Assembly (NCBI GenBank): GCA_012295275.1
Contig: CM022674.1
Coordinates: 12,152,001 to 12,216,000 of the forward strand
Length of the DNA stretch: 64,000 nucleotides
Source of the DNA: Chrysomallon squamiferum
Lineage: Eukaryota; Animalia; Mollusca
Direction: 5' to 3'
Position 1 is the first letter of the stretch; every line of letters begins with the position of its first letter. Position numbers and translations under genes: made by a program. Positions 1-20,130 of the stretch are shown here, in pieces. The notes beneath the pieces were generated by a model. That model searched no databases, had not been told where the DNA came from, and saw nothing but the letters and a program-made list of their open reading frames with translations.

Positions 1-120
1 CATTTTGGCAAACTCTTGTCCTTGTTATGCTCATATAGCCTTTTCCGCATAGGACGTTACAGCTGCCTTGCTTTACTGACCAGGAAGTCCATGTTCTGTA
101 CACTGCAACATTATACACAC

Positions 121-175
<55 letters not shown>

Positions 176-1410
176 AAAGAAAAAAACTAAGCAGTATTAC
201 AATATATCATTTTTGTCCGATCTTAAAATGCCTTTTACGTTAAGTAAAATAATATCTAGAGAAAGAAAGAAAAGAGCAGAGAGTTAACATAAACTGACTC
301 TTTTTTTCTTCATGTAATTGCTGCTTATTGTTTTCTGTTATTAATGTACCTGATGTGCACGTTTCATTAAGAGAGTTAAACAGGAGAAAGAACTCATACA
401 CAATCTTTTCTATGTTCTTCTTGTTCTTTCGACACGTACTCAGATTTTCAATATATATTTTAGCACGATAGAAGCATTTCTTTATTGCATCTAAGTTGTT
501 TCCCCTAATTAATAAATGAATAAAAACATAAATTAATTAATTAAACCATACTTTAGGATTCACGCACACACATACAAATGTATAGACAAGTACACAGACA
601 TAAAAAGATGCGTACACAGTATACATACTCACACACAGATACATACACATAAACACAAACATACATATACATATACATACAAACATAAAACACACACACA
701 AACACACACCCCCACATATACACCCATATACACACATATACACACATACACACACACGTGATTAAGGCCGAAATCAAACGTACATATGACAGAAAATATT
801 TAAAATCCTAAAATACAATTTTGCCAGTGACAGGTTTCCCACTAAAAACAGACACACGGAAAAATGATGAAAGACAAAAGGTCGGAGTGCCTCGGAGGAC
901 GTGAAGGTTATCTTTGGTCACTGACCAACCTTGTTTAACGTCGTACGCCTTCGAAGTGACTGGAAACATCCTTACACACAGATACAAACACACATGTACA
1001 CACATATACACACATACTCACACAGAAACATAGAAACACACACAGATGTGTACATATATACATATATATGTATGTGTGTGTGTGTGTGTGTGGTTGTGTG
1101 TGCAAACATGAACACAGACAAATACTTCCCATATATGCATGAATACATACTTACTTACATACTGTTCGCACTTTCATACATACATACAAACATAAAAGCA
1201 CACTATACAAAGACACACAAAAATCCACTAACGTGCATATTAATAATCTTAATGTTTCAAAAGTTTCTCCTTCTGGAATAGAACCAATTTTTCCATGTGA
1301 GGCTAAATAGACAAGTGATTCAAAAGAAAACCCGATTCCAGCTAGGCATGTGTCTAATTTTTCTTTATAAGTTTTCTTGCATTTTTCCATAGAGAGATCC
1401 GATACCTCGA
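1..1410 (-). CDS. Gene 1 (partial): 6-Cys domain + TSR module; exons A 1410-1233, B 504-350, C 102-<1 (cut by window edge); 5' exons not resolved
   Basis: GT-AG bounded exons with phases 1-2, 2-1, 1-. A=EVSDLSMEKCKKTYKEKLDTCLAGIGFSFESLVYLASHGKIGSIPEGETFETLRLLICT; B=GNNLDAIKKCFYRAKIYIENLSTCRKNKKNIEKIVYEFFLLFNSLNETCTS; C=YRTWTSWSVKQGSCNVLCGKGYMSITRTRVCQN (WxxW and CxxxCG TSR motifs). Confidence 0.8.
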
Positions 1411-2176
1411 CTGTAGATAAAGAAACCGTAACTGTAAAAACAATAATAATAATAATATAATAAATAGCTTAAAATTAGCGTAAATAACTCGCTAAAGAAT
1501 CTGTTTCTAAACCTGAAAGAACTCTAAAGACACGTTTTAGTCACAATTTTTAAAGAACAACGAACACGTTTAAAATTTTATATTGTTCACCTGGTGATTT
1601 GACCTCAAAAATGCCTTAACTAGGACGAGAAAACAGTCAGCGTAAAGATCGAGCGGAAGACTATAATTCTCTTATGATGTAGGCAGATATGACGTAAAGC
1701 GGGTTATTACTGTAGTAGTAGTAGAAGTTGTTGTTTTGAACTTAATTTTTCGAGTATTCTCTTTTAATACTTTGTAATTTACTTGATAATAAATGTCACT
1801 GCTACTGACTTCTAAAGATTTTTCTATCAGAGTTTTAATAATTTAAAAAACGTATCTGCATTATGACCATTAGGAAAAAAAGTGTTAAGTAAATAAATGA
1901 AAAATGTATATAATCTGGTCTGTCAAACATTCTAGAGAGTACATCTAGGTGGTGATATACTGAAAATAAATGAATAAATATTTTTGAAAAGTAAACAAAT
2001 AAAACAACAATAAATAAATAAATAATAAATAAATTAAAAATTATATAAAGCAAACAAATAAAACAACAATAAATGAATAAATAAATAAACAAAATGTTAA
2101 TGTAGAAATGCTAACACATTTGCTTTATTATTATTGTTCTCCAGTAAAGATGTTTTCAACAGATCTTTAATCGCAG

Positions 2177-2231
<55 letters not shown>

Positions 2232-4387
2232 TTGTAAAATACCTGAAAAATTGACAAAGTTATTGCATCAGAAATCCACAGTTCGAATATAGAAATATTT
2301 AAGTTTCTGTAAAAAGGTCAACCTTATTTCAAACGAAACATCTACGGCTTTATAAAAACATATCATCAAACAATGATTTGACATTTTCAAAATAAATTTT
2401 AAAAAATAAAACAAAATGAAATAAAATAATGATAAAACAATTTTTATATATAAAAGAATGATCTAGAGGAATATTGTTTAAATATGTGTAATAAAAGTGA
2501 GTTGTAATATAAACATAATTTAACATACACGCCAAAAAATATAAAATCACCATTTTCTGCTTCCTACTCTGATGACGTCATCAGTTTTTCGTGAAAACAC
2601 CTCGAACAAATTCGGAACCTTTCGTTCGAATGACATCATTACGTTCCAGCATATAATAATAAAAAGTTTTAAATTTGTACGTCACATTAAACAAAAAAAT
2701 AAATAAAATAAAATAGGTTAATGTTTTAAATCATTATCTTTGGGATAATATTCACGACCCTTATCAGATTTTATAATTCATAATTCTTATCATCAATATC
2801 GTCGTTATTATTGCAGTCATTAACATCTTTGATATTATCAATACCATCATCAACGTCCATCATTATAACTATTACTATCGTCATCATCAACATTATTAAT
2901 TTGATGTTTGATATGAATCAGTTGGTTAGAGAAGATGGTACAAATGAGTTGACTAGGATAGTAAACATCATGTCCCAGAGCAGATTCGGAGAAACGTGTT
3001 CATGTGAAAGACCCATGATCTGTTTGTCTACCGGAATCATTGTTCTTGTTTCATTTCAGAATAACTTAGCCGCCGAAATATTTTTGGTCAGTGCTATAAA
3101 ATATAGAAATGTATCTAGTTATCACATCTTTGCACTACGTGTTGTGATTGGAGGAGATATATATGTACATATATCTATGTTTGTAAATGTGTTTTTATTT
3201 TCGGTTTCACTTTGTTTTCTCTTGCATATAATTTTTCTTTAGGTCATTATTGTTTTATGAATTATTTATTTATTTGTTTCCTTGAGTTCATTTCGATTTT
3301 TTTATTATTATTATTATTTTTATTTTTATTATTTTTATTATTGTTGTTGTTGTTATTGTTGTTGTTGTTGTTACTGTTGTTGTTATTTATTTATTTATTT
3401 ATTTATTTATTTTGTTGTAAGATATCTCATTCATTAAGACGAATCATCGTGTCAACCTTTTCATTCTTTTTCTTTTCTTCGGGTATTCATAAATTTCTTA
3501 TAGAATTCTTCCATAATTCTTTAGCTGAAAGTAGAATATTAACAAAATGCTTATTGATCTTAGCAACACTACTTCTATTTTTATCACTATTATTACTACA
3601 ACTACTACTACTACTATTATTATTATTACTACTACTACTATGACTTTATAAACTCCTACAGCTATTATCACTATTACTGCTAGTGCTATTACTATTATTA
3701 CTATACTACTTCTATTACTGCTACGGTCACTTGTCCACGAATAATAATAATAATAATAATAATACAAGTACCTGACCAATTATCCGGCGTCCTGAAATCC
3801 AGAAAGACCAGAAAACCGGATGTGTTGTCCTCACCAGACCGGAACTACTCTTTCAAGCCGCGTGGTGCTCATTCACTCGCCGCATTGTTTACGTGTCGAG
3901 TCGCCAGTATTGCGTATCGCCAATTTTCTTTGTTTTTAATTTTAAAATGTTTATGCCTAATTATTTACGTATTTAGATGCCTTGGTACCAGAAAATCGGA
4001 AAATCCAGAAATTAATAACAGCAATACCAATAATAATAATAATAACAATGACGTCGATGAATACAATAACAACAACAATGATATTGATGATGATATTATC
4101 ATGAAGAATAAGATATTAAAATTAATAATATTTCATCTTTTCATTTTTTTTTTAAAGTTTAAATATCCGTAATAGTTCACCTTCGACGTCACTAAGACAA
4201 TTCGATTCGTACAATGATGACGTCACTCAAACAACTCAATTCGTATAATGATGATGTACTAAAGGTTTGTATAAAGGTGATGTATCTAAAACAAATCAGT
4301 TTGTCTAATGACGAAGTCATCTAAGACAATTCAGTTTTTGTAATGATGATTTGACTAAAACATATTACTTATTACTATTATTTATGG

Positions 4388-4434
<47 letters not shown>

Positions 4435-4437
4435 TAC

Positions 4438-5324
4438 CTTCTCATTTTCTGTGAATACGTATGAGTTTCTCTGGAAAAATAAAAATATCACAATGTCAGA
4501 GAGAATTCAGATTATCAGCGACATACTATAAATAAATTTATACACAGATATAAACACGAACGAAAATTCACTCATCCATCCATCCATATATGTGTATGTC
4601 TGGGTCTGAATGTATATGTGTACTATCTATTCAATTATTTGTATATATCTGTTACTGACCTTCTTCTTTCTTCTGTTTCTGTCTGTTTCTTCCCTCAGTA
4701 GTGTCTGACATTACACTGTAAAAAGAATGAAGTAAAGATCTTCACAAATAAAAATGATAATATAAAATAAAATAAATAAACCTAAAAGAATTCCCGAAAT
4801 CGTAAATAAAGTTATTAATGTTGTTAAAAATATGATAAATGGTACAAAAAGATAATGAAACTCTAATGAAGAATATCGACTGAATTGAAATCTGCAAATA
4901 TACATAGAAGAATACATTATTTTTATGACTGTTGTTGTTGTTGTCGTCGTCGTTTTTTAAAGTAAAAATTACCTTCTTTCCTTCTGTTGCTGTGTACGTG
5001 TATGTGTACTTCTGAAAATGTCATCACATAATGTATGTATTTTTATCAAAGATTAATTATCATATTTTTCAAGTGATAAATAAGAAATATTTCTAAGGTT
5101 TTAATTACCTTCTTTCGGGCGGTTCTGATATATGCTTACGTTTACTTCTGAAAATGTTATCAAATAATATTAGTATTTTTTTTTTTAAATATTATTATTA
5201 TTTTTGGTTTTCACTTTATTAGTATTTTTTATTTTATATTTATTTTTTAATTGAAAAGCAAAAATATTTCTAAATTTTTTATTACGTTTTTTCTGGCTGT
5301 TCCGATATAAATTCATCTGTAGTT
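4438..5324 (-). CDS. Cluster of candidate micro-exons (5324-5286, 5147-5109, 5011-4973, 4704-4660, 4470-4438); parent gene and frame uncertain
   Basis: Five 33-45 nt purine-rich segments, all multiples of 3, each between a pyrimidine-rich ...ag acceptor and a gt(a/c)a donor on the minus strand. The three 39-nt ones share similar flanks. Confidence 0.45.
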
Positions 5325-8108
5325 CTCAAAATATTATCACATTGTGTTGGTATTTTTTAAGATTGATTATCATATTTTTCAGTACATATACTTTAACAAA
5401 AGGCTTTTCATGAAATTACATAAAAAATACTGTTCAGCTTTTCAATTCCTTTTTCTTTTTCTTTTTCATTCTTTTTTCTCGTTTTTTTTTTTCTTCATGA
5501 AGTATATATATGCATACATACAGACAGACAGACATAGTACACACAAACATAAACACACAAATTCAAACATCAATATAAACATTTTCAGTTTCTGTTTGAT
5601 TACGTATAAAAAAATACAGAAATGTTTTAATATGAAGTCAAAACTGCTATTTGGCGACCATATCTGCATTAGGCATTACTAAAGTTATATTACAACAACT
5701 ACTTCCATATAAAGGTACGTTCGTGATTTAGAGTAATTCAATATATTAGGCAAAAGTTAAATTATTTCTGAGTATAATATTTTGCGAAGAACTTGGAATT
5801 ATGCAAATTAGGATGGATACATACATTTTGTTCCACTAGGCATCCTATATACAAAACTATTTAATAATTGTTTTTATTAAACCATAAAATGCTAATTTAG
5901 TTCTCTCTTCCAGAAATGAAACATTTCTGTCATAAAAATTATCTGACCTGTAATTATCCATTTATACAACATAATCCGAATATATTCTAAGTTTTTGAAA
6001 AAGGTCAAACGTTAGTCATATGAAACATATTTCAAGAAGTATCTTTACCAAATGTGGAGGATCTGTTCAATAAAGTGTTCACTTTATAAAGACCTTACAT
6101 ATTTATATGAAACTCCCCTAACAAAATAAACTGACACATGATTTCATTCTGCTTTCTGTGGCCGTAGTAGCCGTTACCATTGCTAATTAGAGATATTTTT
6201 TGTATTTTATTTGATAAACTGACATTGTTTTATTTGTGATTGATATTTACTGCATTTACTTAATTTTGTTCATTATTATTACGTGAATTCGAATAAATAA
6301 TATGGGAAATGTTTGGCTGATGATCTGTTTCATCCATCTATGGCTTTATAAATACAGATTATCGAATAATACTTTAAAAAAATACAATAAAATAATAATA
6401 AAATAAATGTTATATACAAAAGAACAACGTAGAGGAATATCCTTTAAAAATGTGTAACATACTCGTCAAAAGATGCAAAATCGTCATCTTCTCCTGCCGT
6501 ATCTGTAATTACATCATCACTTTTTGCGTGCAAACACTTCGATAAAAAAAAGTTAATTTGTTGCTCACATTAAAAAATAATACTACTACTAATAAAATAA
6601 AACATAATAGTAAAAAAAGGATTACTCTTGCTGGACAGTCGATAATAATAAATCATTTAAATTCTACTTATGCACACGTTGTCGCTTGCACACTATTTTT
6701 CGATTGGAAAATGTTTTCGCGTAAAGGGAGTCTATAAATATTAATATTTTACCTAAAATAAATAAACGAATAAATAAATAAAATTTCTTAATGTTTTAAA
6801 TCATTAAATTTGAGGCAATTCACGACCCGTATAAGATTTTGTAATTTATAATTCTCCATTATCATCGCTATCATCATTATGATCATTAACATCTTTGATA
6901 TTATCAACATCATCATCATCGTCGTCGTCCATCATTATAACTGTTACTATCGTCTTTATCAGTATTATTAATTGTGTATATTTGTGGTTGTACGCATTTA
7001 TGTGACTTATAAAATAACATAAAATAATTAAATAAATACTGAAAAAACGAAAATAAAGTAACACTGTTTTTTTTTTTTAATAATTAACATTTATTTATTA
7101 ATTGAAAATTAACATTGAATTTTTTACTCAAAATATTAATTACATTTAATAAGGTATTGAAATTTTCTGCCAGAAAGATTCACGCAAATAATGTTTCCAG
7201 ACAGACGAAAATCCGTCACGATTTCCCTGAGAGTCTGATACGAGATTCATCATGGCATAGATTGGTTGTTTGTCAACAAAACTTTTTAAGCTGATAGTAA
7301 CAAAAGCTATAATAGGAGAAAAGTTAAATAGTCTCAGATATTTGATATGAATAAGCTGGTTACAGGAGATGGTAGAAATGACTAGTCTAGAATAATAAAC
7401 ATCATGTCCCAGAGGAGACATGGTAAATGTATTCGTATGAAAGACCCATGACTTGTTTGCCTATCTGAATTATCTTTCTTGTTTAATTTCAGAATTCGAT
7501 GTTTAAACATTCCACATGCTTTACACTAGCTGATTAATGCATTATGTTTCAGACGTGAAAAAGGTGTTTTAATAGCTATACCAACAATTAAACATTTAAC
7601 TTATAACTAAATAACTATTATCGAAGTTCCGTCCCAAAGAGAAATAGTGTTGGTCAGTCTCAGAACCCTGCATCATGTGAACCCTTTCTTCAACTTTTCC
7701 TTCGTTTTTTCCTTCTTTTCTTCGATCGATCATCGATTTCTTCTGAATATTCTTCCACAATTTCTTTGCTGAAAGTAGAATATTTTAACAAAATGCATAT
7801 AGATCTTATCAACAATACTACTTCTGTAATTACTATCATTACTACAACTACTACTATTACTGCTGCTGCTACTAATACCGTGACGTCTACTACTACTGCT
7901 GCTTCTTTTAACACTCCTATTGCTACTACTATTACTACTACTACTACTACTACTGTTACTACTTCTACAACTACTGCCACTGTTACTACCACTATTACTA
8001 TTGCTATTACTAGTGCTTTAGTATTACTATTACTATCACCATTAGCTCTTCTACTACTACTGCCACCACTACTACTACTAATATTACTATTGCTGCTACT
8101 ACTGTTAC

Positions 8109-8142
<34 letters not shown>

Positions 8143-9184
8143 GTTATTGTTGTTGTTGTTGTTTTGTGGTTTGCTCTTGTTAATTAAATTTTAATTTAAT
8201 TGTAATAATTTATTTAATTGTATATCATTAATATTCGATAATATAATTATACATCTACATATGCCTATCGATCTAGCTATCCATCTATCTCCCTACCTAC
8301 CTACCTACCTACCTACGTATCCATATATCTGTATGCGTGTGTGTATGTATATATTTATATATGTGTGTATGTGTATATATAAATGATTTGAGGATTTACT
8401 TACAACTGAAAGTGATCATCCATTGAATTACTGTCTGAGCTATACATAAAAAAGAAAATAATAATAATAATAACAACAGCAACAGCAAAAACAAACAACA
8501 ACAATAAAAATAATAATAACAGTAACAACAATAATAACAACAACAACAACAACAATAACAATAATAATAATTAAATGAGAGAGAGAGAGAGAGAAATAAT
8601 CTGAATTAATATTATCTATGATATTTTGCTGTCCAAAGATTTGGAAAAGTTGTATGCACAACCCTTTATTTCAATTTATTTTACTTCACCTATTTATTAA
8701 TTCACTTATTATTTTTATTATATTTCGATCACAATACTTTTAAAAATTGCATTATAATGTAATAAAGTGAAATCATATTTTTGTTATGTCACAAGGAGCC
8801 TTGTAATGGTATTTGTTTGTTACGTCACCTTGTACATATACAATAATTTAATCGATAATACTAAATAATAATAATAATAAACAATAATAAATAATAATAA
8901 AATAATAATTCAAAAATTAACAAACAAAATAAATATATAAATATATGTTATCTATGTACGTGTGTATGTATGTATGTGTGTGAATCTGTTTGGATCTGTG
9001 TATGGATGTATGTATGTATGTGTATGTGTATATATATACATATATATATATATGTGTGTGTGTATGTATAGATATATATATATATAAGTATGTATGTATA
9101 TATGTATCTCTGTGTATATTTACTTATGTGTTTTTGAATGTGTGTATGTGCATGTATTAATATTAAAAGTATTGTTATTATTAC

Positions 9185-12100
9185 CTTTTCGCCACAACTT
9201 TTCTGAAAATGTTATCACATAATATTAATCCGAATTGAGCTTATTTGTCATATTTTGGAATATAAATAGTTACTTCTGTGACAGCAAGGAAAAAAATTGT
9301 CGACGAACATTATACTGAATATGCACATATACATACATACATACATATGTTCATCATACGCCCATACACACAAACAAACACTGTACATACACAAATACGT
9401 TCTTAAATACATGCATACATACATCATTAATATTATTATTAAGATTTTATTTTTATTTTATTTTATTTTATTTTATTTTATTTTATTTTATTTTATTTTA
9501 ATTTATTTCGATACTGTTGTTCCTTCAACGTTTTCTGTATGAAAAAACAACAAAGAAGCAAAATCTCAAGAAACAAAAAAAATTTTAAAAATTAAATAAA
9601 TGATTAAGACCTCTCCAAAATCTAACAATAAAACCAGCTATCAGTGAGTAAGAAGAATACATTTTTGTTTACCTTTCATTCTTTACTTTCATTAAATTTG
9701 CTTCTTTACATCTGAAAATATTATCATATAATGTTAGTCTGAATAAAATTGTATCTCTCTTATATGTATAGATAGATAGATAGATAGATAGATAGATCTT
9801 AATTGTTTCTTTCTTTATTTTTAAATTTTATTTATTTCACATTTTCCGGTTGTCTCCTCTGAAAATAATGAAGTAATAGTTTTAAAGAATCACTAAATAC
9901 GATAATTTTCAATAATTTACAAGTATTTTACAAACTGATACTTGTGAGGAATAACTAATTATTAAATATATTTACTATACATACATATTTACAGACACAA
10001 ACACACACACACACACATACACACATAAGCGAGTGTATGTGTATGTATATTATAAATTATTTCGTTTATTTATTTATTTATTTATTTATATAATTAAATG
10101 TATTTATTTTCTTCTTTCTTTCTTTCAGTCTTTGTTGTTCTTTTTTTTTTTCTTATTTATTCAGGGAAAAGTAAGTAGAAGGTTAAATAGAAGTGCTTAC
10201 ATCTGATATAATACACAGCCGACACAGAGTGTAGCCAGAATGAAGACAGCAAGCGAAGACAGAGCAACATCAGACTCCGTCATTGCTTGAACATCTAAAG
10301 AGAAGAAATAATAAAAATAAGTCAGGAAATGAATAAAAACATCAATTAATTAGCGATTAAATAACTAAATAAATAAATGAGCTAGCGAAACAGAAGTTGG
10401 TATACATAATAATTTTAAACAAACTGAATGGAGCAATAAAACTGAAATCGTCATTACAAAAATGTATCATTATACAAACTAATATTTTAATGACTTTATC
10501 ATCATAAATACGTAGTCACTGTAATCGTTTTATCATTGTACAAGCTATTTTAATTTTTTAATGATTTTATAATTGTAAATTATTAATGACTTTGTTATTA
10601 TACGAATAGAACTGTTTTACTAACATCATCATCATGCTGATACCAACTAAATTGTTTTAGTGACGTCATCATTATATAAAATGAATTGTGTGACGTCATC
10701 ACTAAATAAACTGAACTGTATTAATGACGTCATCATTCGACAAACAGAGATGTCATAATGACATCATCATGATACAAATGGAACTGTGATTTTACCATTC
10801 ACAATTATAAAAGCTGAAATAGTAACAACTATAACGATAATAGTAATATTAGCACGTTTATTTTTATACCTATACAGTGGATAAAAGTGTCACAAACTTC
10901 TGTTCTGATCCTATTATTTTTCAAAACAACTCTTCTGATTCCCACTCCGCATGTGACGCTGCATCCGTGAATTAGCGCAGCATCTTGGTTCTCTACTATA
11001 CCTGCAATATCTTCGTCTGCTATATTAAAGTAATTTTAAATACACTAACCCTCATACATGTCAACACACAACGGTGTATTCACTAAGTACAATTTCTCTT
11101 TACGTTAATGATTGTAACTTGACTAAAAACTATTTCTGTTTACATTAAAAACTGTATCTTTACTAAGAAATATTCCTATTTAGATTAATAACTGCACCTT
11201 TACTAAGAAATATTTCTATGTACATTAATGACTTTCTTTATTAAGAATTATTACTCTTTACGTTAATAACATTACGTTTAATAAGAGTTATTACTCCTCA
11301 CATTAATAACAGTAACTTTACCAAAAATTATTACTTTACATTAATAAAAGTGTGTTTACTAAGAATTATTACTCTTTACATTAATAACGGTACGTTTAGT
11401 AAGAATTACTACTCTTTACTTTAGTAACAGTACGTTTAATAATAATTATTACTCTTTACTTTAATAACAGTACGTTTAATAAGAATTATAGCTCTTTACG
11501 TTAATGACATTACCTTTACAAAACACTATTACTCTTTACATTAACGATACTACGTTCATTAAGAATTTTTACTCTTTACATTAATGGTACTAAATTTAAT
11601 AAGAATTATTACTTTTGCATTAATAACAGTACCTTTACTAATATTTATTACTCTTTATATTAAAGACACTAAGTTTAATAAGAACTGTTGCTCTTTACAT
11701 CAATGATGTTACGATTACTAAACAGTATTCTTTTTAGACATTTACATTAATACGTATACTAAACATACTTTCACTTACATTAATGATGGAACGTTTGCTG
11801 AGAATTATTACTCTTTACAATAACACCAGTAAGGTCACTAAGAATTACTGCTCCGTGCATTAATAAAAGTTACCTTATTATAAAATATCCCTTTACAATA
11901 GTATGTTTGACAGAAATTTTTTTTTTTTAATAACATTAATAACACTACATTTACTAAGAATTACTATTATTTACACTAATATCGGAATCTGAATTATTCC
12001 TGTATCCAGTAATGGTCGTACGTTTACTAAGCATTATTATATATTCACATTAATGAAGGATACGTTTGTTAAAAATAGTTTCACTTCAATTAATGATGGA

Positions 12101-14017
12101 ATGTTTGCTAAGAATGATTGCGCTTTACTCTAATGTCAGTACGTTTGCTACGAATTATTCTTATTAGCATTAATGGGGTATTAAGAATTACTCCTGTTTG
12201 TATAAATGAAGTGACGTTTATTCATATTTAAATTACAGATGTATTAATACATAGTATTTTTGAATCTAAAACAGCGTGCTCTCTTCCTCTCTGTTGATGA
12301 GTACTTACGTTCATAATCGTAGTTTGTTTTATCAGAATCTCCTATGCAGAGTTTTAGTTCGGTTCCTGTCTGCGGTAATGTCTCACACGTTCGACTTTTG
12401 TACACAGAAGAGGACAACGGCGTGATTGACCACTTGCTCCACTGACCAACCTCTTTAAAAAAATAAAAATAAAAGAAAGAAAGAGGTAATAAACAAAGAA
12501 AGAAAGAAATATTATAATTAGTATTATTATTATTATTAATCACTAAGTCACTTATCCTTATCTCGGTTTCATAACGAATTAAAGTTTTTGGTAATCGGAA
12601 ACCAAATTTTATGACAGAAGTTTATTATAAAATTCTTAATGAAGTCGATGATTAATTATTAAAGTATATTATGACTCTTTTGAGCAGATAATATCAACAT
12701 TAACTGAAAACAAGAATCTTCAGATCCGCTTCTCTAATGCTATATTTTGAATCTAGTATTCATTTATATCATACATTATCCTATTATCTTATGCGCAGCC
12801 CATCTTTGCATAGAAAAATAAAATTATTGCATGCTCCTCATAATTATCCTTTATTAATTTCTGTTCATTCTGTTCGTTTCATAATTGTTAAGTAACTTTG
12901 TTGACTTACCAGCAAAACAGGTTAATTTATATTCAGTTATTTTATCGTCGATTTCTGCCATCAGTTTATCTATGCTCAAGTTTTGACATGCGTCAGACTC
13001 AGCTAAATCATCAGCAGCAAGTATGTAACAGTTTCTAAATAAATCAATCTTAGTGTCTCTGAAAACAAAAATACATACACAAGCAAAATCATAATAAAAA
13101 TGTGAGCTAATGTGATATTGATACTAAAATATTAAAACAAAAGAATACTGTTAAAACCGTGCATAATAATAAAATCGGCTAAATGTAAATACTGATAAAT
13201 TCAAACACAGATAAATCTGAACAGTCCAATGTAGACTCACAAATTTAAACATATAAAATATAAACGCTGATAAAATTAATCACTGAATCAAACACTTTAC
13301 ACATTGTCAGAAGCAGATGTCTGAGACTGTCTGATTCTGTCTGATTCTGTATCATGTATATGGATGCACACCCAAAGACTTACGAGCAGTACTGGCTTCT
13401 GAAGGTTTCAATAGACTGCCCTTTCGAAATAGAGCCTGACTGACCATGGGACAGAACAAAGGTTAAAGTGTCTGGAGTGTGACCAGTAAGTCTTCCACAT
13501 TGTGCTAACTTCTTATCATGAAACTCAACGCACGACTGCTGACCTTTGACCGCCAGCAAAAGGACACCGACTGAAGAATAAAAGAGAAAAACGACACAGT
13601 TGTTATTTCTGAGGTAATTTAATTTATAACTGAAATGTCTTTGTCCGATGTATAAATATTTATTTCCTGTACAGTAAACTATATACTTTGTTGATACACA
13701 CATACACACATATATATACACATGCATACCAACACACACATACACACAACACACATACACATACACACAACACACATTCACATACACATACACACACACA
13801 CACATACACACAACACACATTCACATACACACATATATACATAGATGTAACGGTAACATCGTCCTCCTTCGGAGTGCGGGCGAATGGGTGTCATACGTTC
13901 GAGTCTCGTCAGCGGCATCTAACGGGTTTGTGAGGTCGTGATTTGACTTTGTCCTCCTGCGTCACTGCGTTCCCGAATATTGTCTATGTGATGAATATTC
14001 AAAATCCTAAACTACAA

Positions 14018-14048
<31 letters not shown>

Positions 14049-14384
14049 TACATAGATACATACATACATGCATACATACATACATACATACGTACATACA
14101 TACATACATAAATATATCTACTTGCCAGTGCCAGTAAAAATAGATGCACGCAAAAATTACGAAAGAGAAAGAACGGCGTGCTTCGTGGAGGCGATGATTA
14201 CCCTCGGTTACTGAGCAACTTTTTTAGGGTTGTCTCGATGGGCGAACGGTAAAGTTGACCCACTTCTAATCAGACGTACATAATATTCAAATTCTAAAAA
14301 CACACACACACACACACGCATACATACATACATACATACATACATACATAGACATACAGACAAATAAACATAGACAACTCTGTG

Positions 14385-14421
<37 letters not shown>

Positions 14422-14642
14422 ACATACACAGACATATACATACGTTCGACAGACAGACATGCACTCGTATTTGAAAAATGGTGATCGTTTGATTAAGTTA
14501 AGCAGGATAAGTATGTCCAATAATCATTTAAGTGCTTAAAAAGTGTTTACTTATATCTACCAACACTTCCTGCTAACATAAATTTACGTTAATAATTATA
14601 TTTATACATACCGTTTAAAAGGAACAAAACAATCGCCTTCAT
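9185..14642 (-). CDS. Gene 2: single-module type I membrane protein; exons SP 14642-14612, A 13570-13384, B 13058-12910, C 12452-12309, D 11001-10870, TM 10294-10201, candidate tail micro-exons 9858-9841, 9711-9673, 9202-9185; 3' end unresolved
   Basis: Spliced frame is continuous: MKAIVLFLLNVGVLLLAVKG/QQSCVEFHDKKLAQC...QYCS/DTKIDLFRNCYILAADDLAESDACQNLSIDKLMAEIDDKITEYKLTCFA/EVGQWSKW...KLCIGDSDKTNYDYE/RIVENQDAALIHGCSVTCGVGIRRVVLKNNRIRTEVCDTFIHCI/DVQAMTESDVALSSLAVFILATLCVGCVLYQ. Exon B is 149 nt as in the other paralogs; tail exons are less certain. Confidence 0.85.
11080..12200. repeat. Degenerate 40-bp tandem minisatellite (roughly 28 units) in the gene 2 C-D intron
   Basis: Unit like aagaattattactctttacattaataacagtacgtttaat recurs at 11361, 11401, 11441, 11481, 11521, 11561 and 11601. 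Confidence 0.85.
13845..13985 (+). mobile_element. Possible tRNA-derived SINE head fragment
   Basis: GC-richer island within microsatellite containing a B-box-like GTTCGAGTC near 13897; family not recognised. Confidence 0.25.

Positions 14643-20130
<5,488 letters not shown>

Noticed and set aside
1590-4192. Tiny candidate exons (11-29 nt) that could link upstream sequence to gene 1 exon A
   Set aside because: Such short AG..GT segments arise by chance in AT-rich DNA; unsupported without cDNA.
7690-8194. Thr-rich plus poly-Leu ORF resembling a mucin with a TM segment; similar at 3212-3779
   Set aside because: Made of (ACT)n/(ATT)n/(GTT)n trinucleotide repeats with no convincing splice context.
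10201-10270. Alternative frame MLLCLRLLSSFWLHSVSA as the signal peptide of gene 1
   Set aside because: The TM reading fits the upstream phase and mirrors the gene 3 TM exon (phase 1 to 2), so it is better supported.
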